The notes: a model not told the origin generated them from the letters alone. Shown: positions 1 to 13,691, numbered from the stretch's first letter. The stretch: 64,000 nucleotides of DNA from Eledone cirrhosa (GCA_964016885.1 OZ024741.1:32116001-32180000), one strand, 5' to 3'. Program-made: numbers and translations.

Positions 1-876
1 CGATTCTATTCTAATCGCTCTTTTCAGAGCAAACCACCACTTGTTGTTGACGATGGCCCCCGTCAACGCCCGCTTAACTAGTTCGCTAATCCGGTCTCTG
101 TAGGCCTTGCGCGCTGGTAAGGACGCGTTTAGCTTCCAGTAACCGGTTCCTTGTCTATGAAGCCTATCTAAGTCAAGCACACAGATCACGAATTTGTGGT
201 CCGTGTAGCTGACTATCTTGAATTGTGGACAGCCTATGCTAGACCTATCTATTTCCCTACAAAATACTCTATCTAGATATGATCTGGATGACTCTATGCG
301 ATTTGTCCAAGTCCACATTGGTACATTCGGGAAATCCATTCGGTACCTGTCAGACAGTTCAAAACGTCTGAGCAGGTTGGTGAGACTCTTGCACCCTCCT
401 TCCTTGTCCACTAATCCCACACAATCCCAGCGTGCATCTAAGATCCCGTTCCAGTCGCCCACTAACACTAAAGAGCGGGACGTTCCAAGAAAGGTCTCCA
501 GACGCCGGAAGAAATCAGGCCGCCCTGCTCCCGTCGGGGCATAGATGGCCACTAATCTGAAAGCTTGCCCGTCTCCGCTGGTCACGTCCAGCACCACCAA
601 CTTACCTTCTGGGTCCAGGAAGATGGCCCGTATGGCAAGATCCAAACCTCTCCGAAAAAGCACAGCAACTCCTCCCCCCGATCCCGGACGGCTGGGAGAT
701 ACGTACACATCGTAGCCGCCGAAGATCGGTGCGAAAGCCTGTGCTTCGGAGATTCTGGTCTCGCTGATGGCCACTACATCTATGTTTAGTGACCTGAGGT
801 CGTTGAGCAGGTGGCCCTGCTTCCATGACGACCCCAAGCCACGCGCATTTATGCTGCCTATTCTGAGTGAGGTCAT
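1..876 (-). CDS. ORF2 N-terminus, apurinic-like endonuclease (partial)
   Basis: ATG at 876 (MTSLRIGSINARGL); colinear without indels with 10436-11311, which encodes SET, VGDWN, YLDRV, TDH and GYWKLN motifs. Confidence 0.85.
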   Translation of the reverse strand, partial: MTSLRIGSINARGLGSSWKQGHLLNDLRSLNIDVVAISETRISEAQAFAPIFGGYDVYVSPSRPGSGGGVAVLFRRGLDLAIRAIFLDPEGKLVVLDVTSGDGQAFRLVAIYAPTGAGRPDFFRRLETFLGTSRSLVLVGDWNGILDARWDCVGLVDKEGGCKSLTNLLRRFELSDRYRMDFPNVPMWTWTNRIESSRSYLDRVFCREIDRSSIGCPQFKIVSYTDHKFVICVLDLDRLHRQGTGYWKLNASLPARKAYRDRISELVKRALTGAIVNNKWWFALKRAIRIES

Positions 877-910
877 GTTGAAAAGGAGTGGAAAAGATGG
901 GAAAGACCAC

Positions 911-2705
911 TTACCTTACTTCTCGTAGGGGAAGGACGGTTTTTCCATCCTTTTCACTGCTTGTGGCCTCCTCAGGAAGGATGTCCTTATAAATCCTCCT
1001 GGAGAGTGCCTGTCGGAAGTCTCCGATGTCTTTGGGGAATTTTTGTTTTAGTGTCATGTACGTTTTCTGTGTGATGCGAGTGATTTGTATGTGTGGAGGT
1101 GGTGTGAATATTGGGGTTGTTGTGTAGTCTTTTTCTGTGATGCTGGTGTTGTGTTGGATGTAGTGTAATAATTGCTTGTTGTTCAAATTTAATGCTGTGT
1201 AGTGTGTATCGTTTTGGTTGTTTTGTTTTGTTTGCGTTTGTTGTGGGTTTGTTTCTGTTTCGCATTTTGGTGACTTTTGTGGTGTAGGTGATGGTGGTGT
1301 TGGGGTTAATGATGGTGATGGTGTTGGTGTTTGGGTTGATGGGGTTGGTGATGCTGGTGTGGGTGGTGGCATATCTGTCCTAACTTTTTTGTTTCTTAAT
1401 TTATTTGTTTCTCTCTGTATTTTGTTTTTGGAGGGGGAAGGAAGAGAATTTTTTCTTTTTTGGTTTCTTTTTTTTTCCGGATATCGTTTCCCACTCCTCG
1501 TCGTCACAATCTGTGTCCAGTTGTGATAGGCCGGGGAGTGGAAAATCCTCCACAGCCGTTAGTTTTGGTTGTGGCGTGGTGGATGGTGTAGGCGCTGGTG
1601 CTAGTTCTGAAGCGTTGGGTGGTGGTGGTGTTGGTTTTGCTGGTGGTGGTGGTGGTGTTGGTTTTGCTACTGTTGCTTGGGTTGTTGCTGTTATAGTTGC
1701 TTCTGTTGTTGCTGCTACTGGTGGTGTTGATGGTTGTGTCACTGGGGTGGGTAGGAGAGGTGGCCTCAACCTTTTAGCCTGAGGGCAGAAAGCCCTTAGG
1801 TGGGTTCCTTCACCACAAACGACACACCTAGGTCTTCTGCCCTCGACAATTACCGTGAGGTGGCTGCCGTCAGTGAGGTCTATTACCTCTGGGATCTCCT
1901 CAATGCTTTTTTGGTCCGCTTGGATCAGGAGCTCCATCCCAGATCCGGACCAGTTCTCCTGTTTTTCTTTTGCTATTGCTATTATTTTCGTGTTGGCTTC
2001 GATGCCGGCGAGGACGGCCGCTATTAGCCAGGGAATTTCGATGGCCGGTGGAACGTGGGTCACCCTGATCTTTACGAGTCTCTGGCCACAATAGCTTGGG
2101 ACGAGTGTGAAGTCGTCACTTCTTAATGGGGCCATGGAGTGTTCTCTAGCCTCCTCTGGTGTTTCAAAGAACACGTCCACGGCTCCATACTTTTGCCCAC
2201 GTCTGATGTGGGTTTTTCTTGCCCACACATGTCCCAAAGCTTTTTGGATTTGGGACTCGGATGCCCGTTCCACTCGGCGCGATTTTACATTTATTGTTCT
2301 ATACGACACGGTGCATAGGCGCCGATGCTCCATTTTATTAGGTGGGAGGGTGAGGCTGACCCTGTACCCATCTTTCTTTACCATTTGTTTGGCATTTTCT
2401 AAATCCTCCTGAGTTACCGTATATGCTTCGAACTGTTTTGCTACTATTGCAAAACTGAGGGGCGTTTTTATAATGTCATTGTTGTTGTTGCTATCGTTAA
2501 TATTAATTTTAGTTTCAGTTGTGGTGGTGGTGACGTCAGTCGTCTTTGGTGGGGAAGAGTCCATTTTGCTTGATTTCATTTCGACATCACGAGTTAATTT
2601 ATTTTTTTCTTCTTTTGTTTCTGTTGTCGCGGTGGTGGTGGTGGTGGAGGCTTTAACACATGCAGTCATTGGTAATGGCGGGAAATGAATGTCTGCCTGA
2701 GACAA
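911..2705 (-). pseudogene. Tx1/L1 ORF1 (gag-like; RRM-like region and CCHC knuckle), frameshifted
   Basis: CVVCGEGTHLRAFC knuckle; 1401-2705 continues in another frame (911-1507) across a homopolymer run near 1470; homologous to ORF1 of copy B. Confidence 0.8.
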
Positions 2706-3046
2706 ATTTAAAATATTGCTAGTGCTTATATTTTTTTTGTGTTGGCAAACGTAGTAACATTTACAATGGTGGTGTCGGTGTGAGGTGTTAATTTGTGAGG
2801 AAGGCTTTCAGCTGCTTCGTGCAGAGGTGAATTAGCCACTAATTTCAAAGAAATTTTTTGATAATAATAAAAGTTAAAATTTTGGGCACAAGGCCCCAAT
2901 CTTTTTGGGTGTCCTTTTCGGAAAACAATGTATGTGCTCTTATAAACAGTTAACAATAAAATTTTCCATAAATGACAATTTTTAACAAACGGAAATAACA
3001 AACCTTTGCGGAGCTCACGATCATACGATTTACTACGTAGGTCGCC

Positions 3047-3100
<54 letters not shown>
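3047..3100. repeat. (AAT)n microsatellite at the 5' junction of Tx1 copy A
   Basis: Direct reading. Confidence 0.98.
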
Positions 3101-3101
<1 letters not shown>

Positions 3102-3480
3102 GGGAAGAAGACGCACGAGGTGGCGGAGGTCATGAAATCGCTCCCGTAAGTTTTGAATTTTTCACATATTTAAATCATTTGTGAAATAACAACTCTTAGT
3201 ACAAATGCTACGTAAAGCACCCGGCTTGAGCCCCCAACAATTCGGACCCAAAACATATTGTTATAAGGCTCAAATATTCAAATATTCAACTTTGTATTGT
3301 ACACTGTATATCCAAAAAAGAAAATGGCTATAAATGGAAGAAGAACCCCCCTCCTCTCCTCTGTCTACACTATATAGAACAGCCAAACTCACCAACACCA
3401 GAAACTAGATACACCACTCACCTCATCACCTGAGTACACTAAACACAACAGCCAGATAAGATAACGGCAATTTCATCACC
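3101..3480. repeat. Unclassified repeat X, copy 1
   Basis: Starts AGGGAAGAAGACGCACGAGGTGG; homologous to 13692-14040. Confidence 0.8.
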
Positions 3481-4263
3481 ACCGCTCACTACTGCCATCA
3501 TTACCACCACTATCCCATCACCGCCGCCACCACTCTTCACTCCTTCACTGACCACCACTGCCTCGGTATCGACATCACCACCACCACTGTCTCAGTATCG
3601 CTACCGCCGCCAGTTCTCCACATCTCCAAGCTGGCTGCTGCCACCACATTATAGAATTCCTACTACTAAAAAAGAGGAACGCATCAAAATATATAGATAG
3701 ACTCAAAAGAAAAAAGAAAAAACAAACAACAAAACCAAAGCAGCACAGCAACAACAGCAAAAAACGAGAAAAACAAACATAGAAAAAAAAAAAAAAAAAA
3801 AAAAAACGTAAAGAAAATAAGAATGAAGAGAGAAGCAGGCGGATGGACAGAGAAGAGGGGGGAAAACTAAAACTAAAAAAACAAAAACTAAGTCAGACAT
3901 TCGAACACTACATTACAATGAAACTTATGCTTATTCATTTTTGGGGCCCTTTCTGCCTGTGTGTTTGTTTGTTTATGTGTGTTCGTATACAGCGTGGTGA
4001 TAATGCCACACAAGGGCCAAGTGGAACGGCGAATCCACAGATGGCTATGTAACCATACATTCGCCAATCCTCGATAAGAGTGTTTAAATATCGTATATAA
4101 ACAGTTCGAATAACGGTGAAATGGAGACTAGAACGTCATGTGACAGACTCTCACCCAACAGGTGCCCCCTGGCTCAGCAGCAGGAACCTGATGTCAACCA
4201 AATACTGCTGATGTTGGAGGAAGAAGAAGAAGGAAAGGGGCCAGAACCAACTGGACGAAAGAA

Positions 4264-7200
4264 TTGAATAGAACTGTTATGCAATGTTACCTGAAAAGTA
4301 ACCCCAAGGAGAGGGGCTACAGGAGACGGATGCATAACATCTGGAACGAGATTGGTCTATTTAAATTAGATGAACAAAAATTGGCCGGGCAGGCTCGGGT
4401 AATAAGAACTAATGGGTGGATAAGCGAGCTGGAACTGGAGGAACTGAGCAGAGAGAATGGCTTGGAGATGGCGGGTGTAGTATGCCAGACAAGCGAGCCA
4501 GTGGGAAATGAAGGTGAAGAGGTCCTGAGAACGGTGGAACCACCCGAAACAGACAATACTGAGATAAATAATACCTGGAACAGAGATACGGCCACTGAGG
4601 AGATGAATGCTGACGGGCTAGGACAAGATTCGGTTGACATCCTAAATTTAGTGGTAGATGAATTGAACAATGATAGTGGGAGACCTATGAACCTAAGATT
4701 TGTAGACAGGAAAAAGTTAAAAGAAGCAACAGCTAAGGTAAACAAAGTCATCCCATACCTTGAGGCGAGGAGCCTTCACCAGTGCAACAATATCCTCAAA
4801 GCAACAGCAAATACGGTGAGGAAACTACTTGGTATAAAAGCGAGAGGAAACAACAGACAAGAAAGAGCAGAGCCGTGGTGGAAGAAACGACTGAGTGGTC
4901 AAATCGGGGAAATGAGAAATGACATAGGAAAGCTTGAGTCACTACTGAATGGGACACTAAAAAACATAGGCACTAAAAATAGACTGTAAATAAAGTACAA
5001 AACTAGGAGGAAAAAGCTAAATATTATCATAGAGGAACTGAAGCAACGCATTGTAGCAAAGAGTGCAAAAATCAGGCGATACGAGAACAGAGTCAGTCAG
5101 TATAAACAGAACCGCATGTTCGACAACAACCAGAAGATGCTGTTTGGACAGCTTGAGGGGAAAGAAAGAGGCAACGACTTGATCCCTGGGGCGGAGCAAA
5201 CTAAAACATTCTGGAGAGGAATATGGGAGCAGGATGATAGACATAATGTCCAGGCAGGGTGGATTGAGACAGTACAGAGGGAGATCGGTGAGCAGGCACA
5301 CCAACAAACTGATTTGAGTATCACAGTTGAAACTCTTAAGGGGCAGGCCAAAAAACTAACCAACTGGAAATCACCAGGCCCAGATGGTGTGCAGGGGTAT
5401 TGGATTAACAATTTAACATCCCTCCACCCGAAGCTGACGGCCATATTCAATGACTGCTTGGTGTCGGGTGAGGTGCCAGAGTGGTTGACAAAAGGTACCA
5501 CAGTTCTGATAATGAAAGACCGAATCAAGGGTAATGATGTTACCAACTATAGACCTATCACATGTCTGTCCGTAATGTGGAAACTGTTGACGAGCATTGT
5601 GTCTGAGGAAATTTACCACCACCTCCACACAAACAACTTGTTACCGGACGAACAGAAAGGATGCCGAAAGAAGTCACGTGGTACAAAGGACCAGTTACTT
5701 ATTGATAAGATGGTAATGGGGAATTGCAGGAGGAGACACACTGATCTTGCCATGGGATGGATAGACTACAGAAAGGCATTTGACATGGTGCCTCATTCTT
5801 GGATCACCAAAAGCCTGGAGATCTTCAGGGTGGCAGATAACATCAGACAGTTGCTGGGCAGGAGTATGGGGTCCTGGGAGACAGAGTTGACATCAACTGG
5901 AGTATCCTTGGGAAGCGTGAAGATCAAGAGAGGTATCTTCCAGGGAGATAGCCTGTCCCTTCTGTTGTTTGTCCTTGCCCTGATGCCCTTGACCATTATG
6001 CTGCGAAAAGTGAGAGCAGGATACAAGTTGGGAAAGGGAGAGCTTACCATCAATCACCTCCTCTTCATGGACGATCTTAAGCTCTTCGGGAAAAGTGAGA
6101 AGGAGTTGGATGTGCTTGTTGACACTGTCCGTATTTTCAGCAGTGATATATGTATGCAGTTTGGTATTAGTAAATGTGGAGTCATTGTGATGAGGAGGGG
6201 TAGGTTGAGCAGAAGTAACGGGATCCAGATACCAACAGGTGAGATGATAAAGGAAATTGACTCTGAGGAAGGATACAAGTATTTGGGCGTTCTGGAGGCT
6301 GATGGCATAAAGAACAAAAAAATGAAGGAATTGTTAAGAACTGAATACATTCGGAGAGTAAGGAGCGTATTGAAGTCACATCTGAACAGCAGAAATGCCA
6401 TAAGCGCAGTAAATTCCCGAGCTGTGTCTATTATTAGGTACAGTGCGGGAATTCTGAGATGGAATGTTGCTGAACAAAAAGAAATGGATAGGAAGACTAG
6501 GAAGCTATTGACTATCTACAACATGTTCCACAAGAGGAGTGATGTCGATAGACTCTACCTAAGGAGATCTGAGGGTGGAAGAGGTCTTATCAGCATAGAG
6601 GACTGTGTTCAGATGGAGAAAAGCAATCTATACAAATACGTGACCTATAGTAAGGAGCCAATGCTCAGAACTGTACTGAAGGAGGGGACAGTAGGCCAGG
6701 GGATGTCCAAGGAGGAAATAACATCAAGGAGGAAGAGCAGCCTTAAGGGAAAATCCCATCATAGTACCTTCTTTGAGAAAACTGAATTTAGAGATCCACA
6801 GACATGGAACTGGTTGAGAAGAGGAGACCTCAAAAATGCTACAGAAGGAATGCTAATGGCTGCGCAGGAGCAGGCCCTCAAAACGAAGTGGTTGAAGCAC
6901 CATATTTACAAGGAGGAGGCTAGCCCACTGTGCAGGATCTGTGGAGAGAGAGAGGAGACTGTGGCTCACATTGTGTCCGAGTGTAAACACCTAGCCCAGA
7001 CCCACTATAAGGGCTGGAGACACGATGTGATGGGCAGGGTGATCCACTGGCACCTGTGCAAAGTAAACAATTTACCACATTCTGAGAAATGGTATGAGCA
7101 TAGGCCAGAGGCGGTGATGGAGAACAATCAGGTGAAGGTGCTGTGGGATTTTAGGATACAGACGGACAAAAAACTGGAACACAATAGACCTGACCTGGTG

Positions 7201-7503
7201 GTTGTGGACAAAGAAAAAAGATCGTGTCTGATTGTGGATGTGGCCTGCCCTTTCGACACGAGAGTGCAAGAGAAGGAGAGGGAGAAAATTAACCGATACC
7301 AGGACCTAAAGTGGGAGGTGAAAAGGATTTAGAACTGCCATGAAGTCAAAGTGATCCCGATTGTCATAGGCGCACTGAGGACTATCTCCAAAAGTTTCCA
7401 GGGATGGTTAAAGAAAATCGGCCCCTTCACTCTTTTTGGAACGCTTCAAAAGGCATGCTTGCTGGGAACAGCAAGAACCCTCCGATACGTCCTGAATATC
7501 TGA
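4264..7503 (+). pseudogene. R4/Dong RT-RLE polyprotein with two in-frame stops (4987, 7330)
   Basis: KSPGPDG, NYRPITCL, QGDSLS, LFMDD, CRICGEREETVAHIVSEC, RHD, RPDLV, DVACP, EKINRY; ORFs 4264-4989 and 5116-7332 share a frame, which resumes after TAG (VIPIVIGAL...LQKACLLGTA) to TGA at 7503. Confidence 0.9.
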
Positions 7504-7577
7504 GGCTGCAGGTAGTGGCTTGATATTCATTCCAACGGACTTTCCAGTTAACCAACATCAATGACTGAGATTCAAGG

Positions 7578-7586
7578 AATAACAAC

Positions 7587-7631
<45 letters not shown>
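7578..7631. repeat. (AAT)n shared between the Dong 3' tail and the Tx1-B 3' end
   Basis: Direct reading. Confidence 0.97.
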
Positions 7632-7633
<2 letters not shown>

Positions 7634-7893
7634 TTTCTTTATTAACCACAAGGGTTTACATAAAGTAGACATTAAGGACAGTGCAGGACAATGCAGGACG
7701 GTACAAATGGGCATTTCTGCGTGTAAAAAAACAAAAACAGAGGATGTAACAAAAATAACAATGAAAATAACAATGAAAAATTCCCCAATAGGGGGGAGAC
7801 TTCGGAGGGACATTTGTGGAGAAAGCCCAGTAAAAAGCCACAATGACCCTGACCACCAAGGCAAGTGCCCTCTCCCAGTTTTCCACCTTTAGT

Positions 7894-10800
7894 TTACAGA
7901 TATATACTCAGAGTCGGCCCATTCACTCGGGCCATTCTTGCTTCTCTCACCCATCTTTCAACAAAATGCTGGGAAGAGAGCACTTCCTTCTCTACTCTGA
8001 TTTTCCTTTTCAAATGAAATTTGAAAAAGTCAATCAGAGCATCACCGAAGAGGTAAGTGCTCGTCTTCAGCCCTTTCAAACGTGTCCACCATACTATCTC
8101 TTTCGCCATGGCCACCAGGCAGATAAAAACTGCCTGCCCTTCCCGGCTAAAGGAGGAGGGCGGGGCAATCCTCACGATGGACTCAGATGATAGCCGGATC
8201 CGTCCTAAACGCGACAGCAGGTGTTCGACATAAACCCACAAGTCAGCAATTTTCGGACACTGGACGAGTGCGTGCAGGACGGTTTCGTCGCCCTGCGCGC
8301 ATCTCGGACATGCCCGGCTGACGGCACCTCCATGCCTGTAGAGTTATCCCGAACTGGCAAGGCTCCTCGGTAGCACTGCCAGGCCAGAGATTTCTGGAAG
8401 TTGTCCATAGGCCCTGGCCCGAAAGTTCTTCCGAAGAGATTGGCTAGTTGATTTTCGTCGACGCCTAGAGTTTCCCCAAGTACGTCGTCGCTCTTCCCCT
8501 CCACTAATCCTCTATAGAACGCCGAGGTGGAGTTTCCACCGATCACATTGCCCGATTGGTCGAGGGCTGTGAGCGCCTGAAGACATTCCAGTCTCCAGGC
8601 GCTCCCTCTCGGTCTTCGCTTGACCCAGGACTGCAGCTCCGTCAAGGAAACGAGCTGGGGAAACACGCGTCTAGCAAACGGCGACCACACCTGATCACCG
8701 TCGAGGAAGAGGTGGCGATGTCGTAGCCTGAGCGCGTGCCTGCGCATCATCAGCCACGGCATGCCCAGCCCTCCACGTAGCGGGTGTTGACAACAGATGG
8801 ACCGCCTGACCATCGGAGCGCGTCCCTTCCACAAAAAGCGAAAGAGCAAACGCTCCAGCACAGTCAGGCGAGGCTTAGGACAAGGTACGACGGTCAGGCG
8901 GTAGCAGATGACGGACGCGATGTACGCGTTAGCCACCTCCGCTCGACCTTTCAGGGATAGCTTCCTCTCGGCCCATTTCTGGGTGAGAGAAGCCACCCTG
9001 CTCGTCACCTCGTCCCAGTTTTTGTCCGTCTGGAGGTCCGGACCGAACCAGACCCCTAGCAATTTAACCGGTCCGTCCGTCCAGCGTCCGACGACGCTGT
9101 TGGACGGCATGGACCTGCCTCTCCAGGTGCCGAGCTGCAGGCCCACTGACTTTTCCTGGTTGATCATTGCTCCTGTCACCGCTCGTATTCTCTTAGTGTA
9201 GTGCCGATCGCCTCGATGTGTTTGGCGTTCGACACCACTACGGTGACATCGTCCGCATATGCTGATACGGATCTTCCGCATCCTAGTTCGCGCGGGACCC
9301 TCCTCAACGTCTCCAGTTTGTGCAGTAATGGCTCGAGAGTCAATACGTACAAGAGGGACGAGAGGGGACATCCTTGGCGGACCGAGCGCATGATGTTGAA
9401 CGGTTCCGACAGGTGACCGTTCACTCTCACCACAGAGCAGATGTCGCTGTGCATGGCAGCGATCCAGCCTCTGGAGACGGGCCCAAAGCCAACCGCCCTC
9501 AGGACTGCCGCTAGGTAACGATGGTCGACCCTATCGAAAGCTTTCGACTGATCTAAATTGATCAAGGACCCACCCGTGCCAGGTTCCCTAGCTACCCTCT
9601 CTACGATGTATCGCATGAGGTGGAGGTTGTCGTGGATGGATCTGTCGGGAATGGCGCATGTCTGCGCCTCTCCCACCAGACCACCAACGACAAACGCCAA
9701 CCTCTTTGCTAGCACCTTGGCCAAAATCTTAAACTCTGTGTTTAGCAGAGTTATGGGCCGGAAATTGTCTATGTTATCCCCCTTGTTCGGATCCTTTCTC
9801 AGCAGTGCCACCGCTCCTCGGCTCACAGAACTGGGAATTCTCCCGTTCTGTTGCCAGTTGCAGTAGACGTCCGCCAAGAGGCCTCCGAACAAGTCTGGCA
9901 TCTGTACGTAAAGTTCATAGGGCAGACCATCCAAACCAGGCGATTTACCCCTTGTGCAGCCAGTCATTGCCTCCCTTACTTCAGCGGCTGTTATCGGCTT
10001 TTCGCAACACTTCGCCTCAGTGGCCGAGAGCCGCGGCAGTCCGTCGAGGTAGACACTAAAGTCCATCCCTCTACCCGGCCCCCCGCTGCCCCCGAACAGC
10101 TGAGCGAAGTGTCGCTGAAAAGCTTCACACATTTGCCCGGGATCGAGTAGCATGCGCCCGTCGTGGTCCACCAAAGACCGGATCGTGGCTTTGTTGCCAC
10201 GACGCGCCTCCGCCACTCGGGCCCATTGAACGGCTTTCGTCCCCTCGTGTCTGAGAGCACGCACCCTAGATCTGACAACGCAGCCTTCGTGCTTTGCATT
10301 GAAGAATTGGTCAAGGGCCAATTTCGCCGCAAGCACGTCGGTCGCAATGCCTTTGCTAAGCGCCTCGTCTAATTTTCTAACTAGTTCTCCCTCTGCTCTA
10401 TTTTTCTCTATTGCTAAAGCCTTACTAAACCTAATCGATTCTATTCTAATCGCTCTTTTCAGAGCAAACCACCACTTGTTGTTGACGATGGCCCCCGTCA
10501 ACGCCCGCTTAACTAGTTCGCTAATCCGGTCTCTGTAGGCCTTGCGCGCTGGTAAGGACGCGTTTAGCTTCCAGTAGCCGGGTCCTCGTCTATGAAGCCT
10601 ATCTATGTCAAGCACACAGATCACGAATTTGTGGTCCGTGTAGCTGACTATCTTGAATTGTGGACAGCCTATGCTAGACCTATCTATTTCCCTACAAAAT
10701 ACTCTATCTAGATATGATCTGGATGACCCTATGCGGTTTGTCCAAGTCCACATTGGCACATTCGGGAAATCCAATCGGTACCTGTCAGACAGTTCAAAAC

Positions 10801-11311
10801 GCCTGAGCAGGTTGGTGAGGCTCTTGCACCCTCCACCCCTATCCGCTAATCCCACACAGTCCCAGCGTGCATCTAAGATCCCGTTCCAGTCGCCCACTAA
10901 CACTAAAGAGCGGGACGTTCCAAGAAAGGTCTCCAGACGCCGGAAGAAATCAGGCCGCCCTGCTCCTGTCGGGGCATAGACGGCCACTAGCCTGAAAGCT
11001 TGCCCGTCTCCGCTGGTCACGTCCAGCACCACCAGCTTACCCTCTGGGTCCAGGAAGATGGCCCGTATGGCGAGATCCAAACCTCTCCGAAAAAGCACAG
11101 CAACTCCTCCACCCGATCCAGGACGGCTGGGAGATGCGTACACATCGTAGCCGCCGAAGATCGGTACGAAGGCCCGTGCTTCGGAGATTCTGGTCTCGCT
11201 GATGGCCACTACATCTATGTTTAGTGACCTGAGGTCGTTGAGCAGGTGACCCTGCTTCCATGACGACCCCAAGCCACGCGCATTTATGCTGCCTATTCTG
11301 AGTGAGGTCAT
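7894..11311 (-). pseudogene. Tx1 ORF2 (APE endonuclease, reverse transcriptase, C-terminal Zn finger), frameshifted
   Basis: GKSPGLDG, NFRPITLLN, DQSKAFD, RQGCPLS, YADD in 9176-11311; continues in 8205-9371 (LSLKGRAEV, GGLGMP) and 7894-8241. Confidence 0.92.
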
Positions 11312-11346
11312 GTTTAAAATAGAGTGGAAAAGATGGGAAAGACCAC

Positions 11347-13443
11347 TTACCGTACTTTTGGTAGAGGAGGGATGGTTTTTACATCCCTTTTCACTTGATC
11401 GTCTGGTGAAGGGACCGTTGAATCGTCCCTTCGGCTGGTCGTCGGCTCTTCTAAGAGAATGTCTGAGTATACTCTTCGATTGATGGTTCCTCCTAGGTCC
11501 CTGAAATCACCAACTGCGTTGGGGAATTTCGTTTTAATGTTTGTGTATTGTTTCTGTGCTATTTTTAGCAGTCTTATGTTAGTTGGCGTTTTGATTGGTG
11601 CTGGTATTATGTAGTCCTGTTGTGAAATGTCTGTGTGTTCAATTATGTAAGTCATTAGTTTCTTGTTGTGTGTATTTATTGCCGTGCATTTGTTTTTCTG
11701 GGGGTGGGGTGTGGTTCTGCTATTTTCTTGTCGTTGTTGCTGGGTGTGTGTGTTTTATTGTTGTGTTTGCGATGTTGGTGCTTGTGGTGGTGGTGTTGAA
11801 GGTGTTGTTGGCGGTGGGGTTGTCGCCGGTGGTGATGGTGGTGCTAGTGTGGGTGGTGATGGTGTTGGTGTTGTTGCTGCTGTGGGTCTCTTTGCAGTAG
11901 ACTTTACCCTTTTCTCATTTCTTTCCTCCCTTTTCAAAGGCGACGATGCGCTGCTTCTGCGTTTGTGCCTTCTTGCGACCTTTTGCCATCCCTCTCCCAC
12001 CTCACACTCCATGTCTGATTCTGTGAGGTCGGGGAGGGGTACCAGCTCCACTCTTTCACTTGTTGTTGTTGGTGATGTTTGCACTGGAGTCTCTGTTGCA
12101 GCTGCATTTGGTATTGCTGTTGTTGTTGTTAATATTTCCACTGCTGCTGCTGTCTTTGATTTCCGTGGAGTGGGTATGGGTGCCACGGACCTATCGTTCC
12201 TGGTTGCCGCTTGTCCTGTTGCTGGTAGCCGTGGAGCCGGATTCGGAAGGAGGGGGGTTTTCTCCTTTCTCAGGGTCTTCTCGTTGCAGAAGGCCCTGAG
12301 GTGAGTCTTCGATCCACAGCGAAAGCATTTCGGGCGTTTGCCCTCAATACTTATGGGCAGTTGAGTGCCGTTATCGAAGTCTATCACATCCGGGATAGCT
12401 TCGATGCACTCCTGGTTGGTTTGGATTAGCATCTCAATGGAGGAGCCGACCCAATCTTCTCTTACTTTTTTCTGTACTTGCAGTACAGTTGTTTTGTCCT
12501 CGATTCCGACGAGGACAGACGCGGCCAGCCAAGAAGGGGTCATTCCGGGGGGGACGTGGGTCAGTTTGACCCTCACAATTTTTTGCCCGCAGTAGGAGGG
12601 CACCAACACCATTTCCTCGCTCCTTAGGGTCACTACTGATTGGGCCTTTGCCTCCTGGGGTGTGGCAAAAAGTACGTCTACGGTGGCGTATTTTTTGCCT
12701 CGGGTGATGTGCGTTTTCCTCTGCCACACAGACCCCAAGGCTTTTTGTATTTGGGCCTCTGTGGCTCTTTCCACCCTACGGGATTTTGTACTTACTGTAC
12801 GGTACGTGACCGTACAGTGCTCTTGGGTTTCGAAAACATTTTTCGCTGCCTTGCAGATTGCTCGGTGTCCGTTCTTTGTCACCATCTTCTTCGCTTCCTC
12901 TAATTCCTCATTTGTTATGAGGATTGTTTCCAAGTTTTTCGCAATACCTGCAAATGAGATTGGTTTGTCTCTGCTGTTGTTGTTGTCGTCAGAGCTGCTG
13001 GTACTTTTGTTGTTGCTGCAGGTACTACGACTACTGCCTCCGCCGCTGTTGCTGTGGTTGTTGTTGGTGTTGCTGCTGCTAATGCTGTTGTTGTTTATGC
13101 TGCTGGTGATGCTGTTGCGGCTGCTACTGTTGTTTTCATTGTCACTGTTGCTGTTGTTATTACGGCTGCTACTGCTATTATTCCTGACGTCAGACGAATG
13201 AACTGGGTTTTCGTATTTCCCGCACACCTGTTTCGTCGCTGTCGTCGTCGTCGTGGAGAAACTTTGCACGCTTTGCACGAGACTTTTCTTTTCTTTCGTC
13301 ACTTGCGAAAGAGAAGGGAGGGAGAGAGACACATTTAAAGAAGGGAGGGAGAGAGACAATCTTCTCTCTGCTGTAGTGATGATTGAGGAAGAAGAAGACG
13401 GAATGAGTGGGAGTGACGTATGAAATTTCTTTTTCGTAGCCAT
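11347..13443 (-). pseudogene. Tx1 ORF1 with one in-frame stop (11755)
   Basis: CFRCGSKTHLRAFC knuckle; 11755-13443 and 11347-11655 are in the same frame. Confidence 0.82.
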
Positions 13444-13657
13444 GTTGTTTTTTGTTTAAAATGAATATTGGGTTCAAAACCCCAATAACTGGTTATTTAG
13501 CCCCGAAGGGCCAAATAACGGACAGAAAGACCCCTCTCACGAGGAGGAGGGTGTCTTTATCAACAATTTGGTTCACATTTTAAACAATTTACAATTGTTT
13601 TAACGGTTAAAAATTACTATACCTTACAGAGCCGAGCCTCCGTCAACCATGGCATTC

Positions 13658-13680
13658 AATAATAATAATAATAATAATAA
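13658..13680. repeat. (AAT)n at the 5' junction of Tx1 copy B
   Basis: Direct reading. Confidence 0.95.
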
Positions 13681-13691
13681 GAAGAAGAATA

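Larger units (their letters stand above)
1..3046 (-). mobile_element. Tx1/L1-clade non-LTR retrotransposon, copy A (5' half; runs off the window)
   Basis: ORF1 with CCHC knuckle followed by the ORF2 APE domain; the putative 5' end abuts (AAT)n at 3047; colinear with copy B over ORF2. Confidence 0.9.
3950..7631 (+). mobile_element. R4/Dong-clade RLE non-LTR retrotransposon, family 1 (5' boundary approximate)
   Basis: Single long ORF with RT, CCHC and restriction-like endonuclease; short 3' UTR; (TAA)n tail at 7578-7631. Confidence 0.88.
7632..13657 (-). mobile_element. Tx1/L1-clade LINE, copy B, full length (about 6 kb), flanked by (AAT)n on both sides
   Basis: 5' UTR, ORF1, ORF2 (APE-RT-Zn finger), 3' UTR ending ...TTAATAAAGAAATC(ATT)n. 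Confidence 0.93.

Noticed and set aside
3960-4075. Possible HDV-like or twister ribozyme in the Dong 5' UTR
   Set aside because: Hairpins are present (GGCGAAT/ATTCGCC), but the nested pseudoknot could not be assembled by eye.
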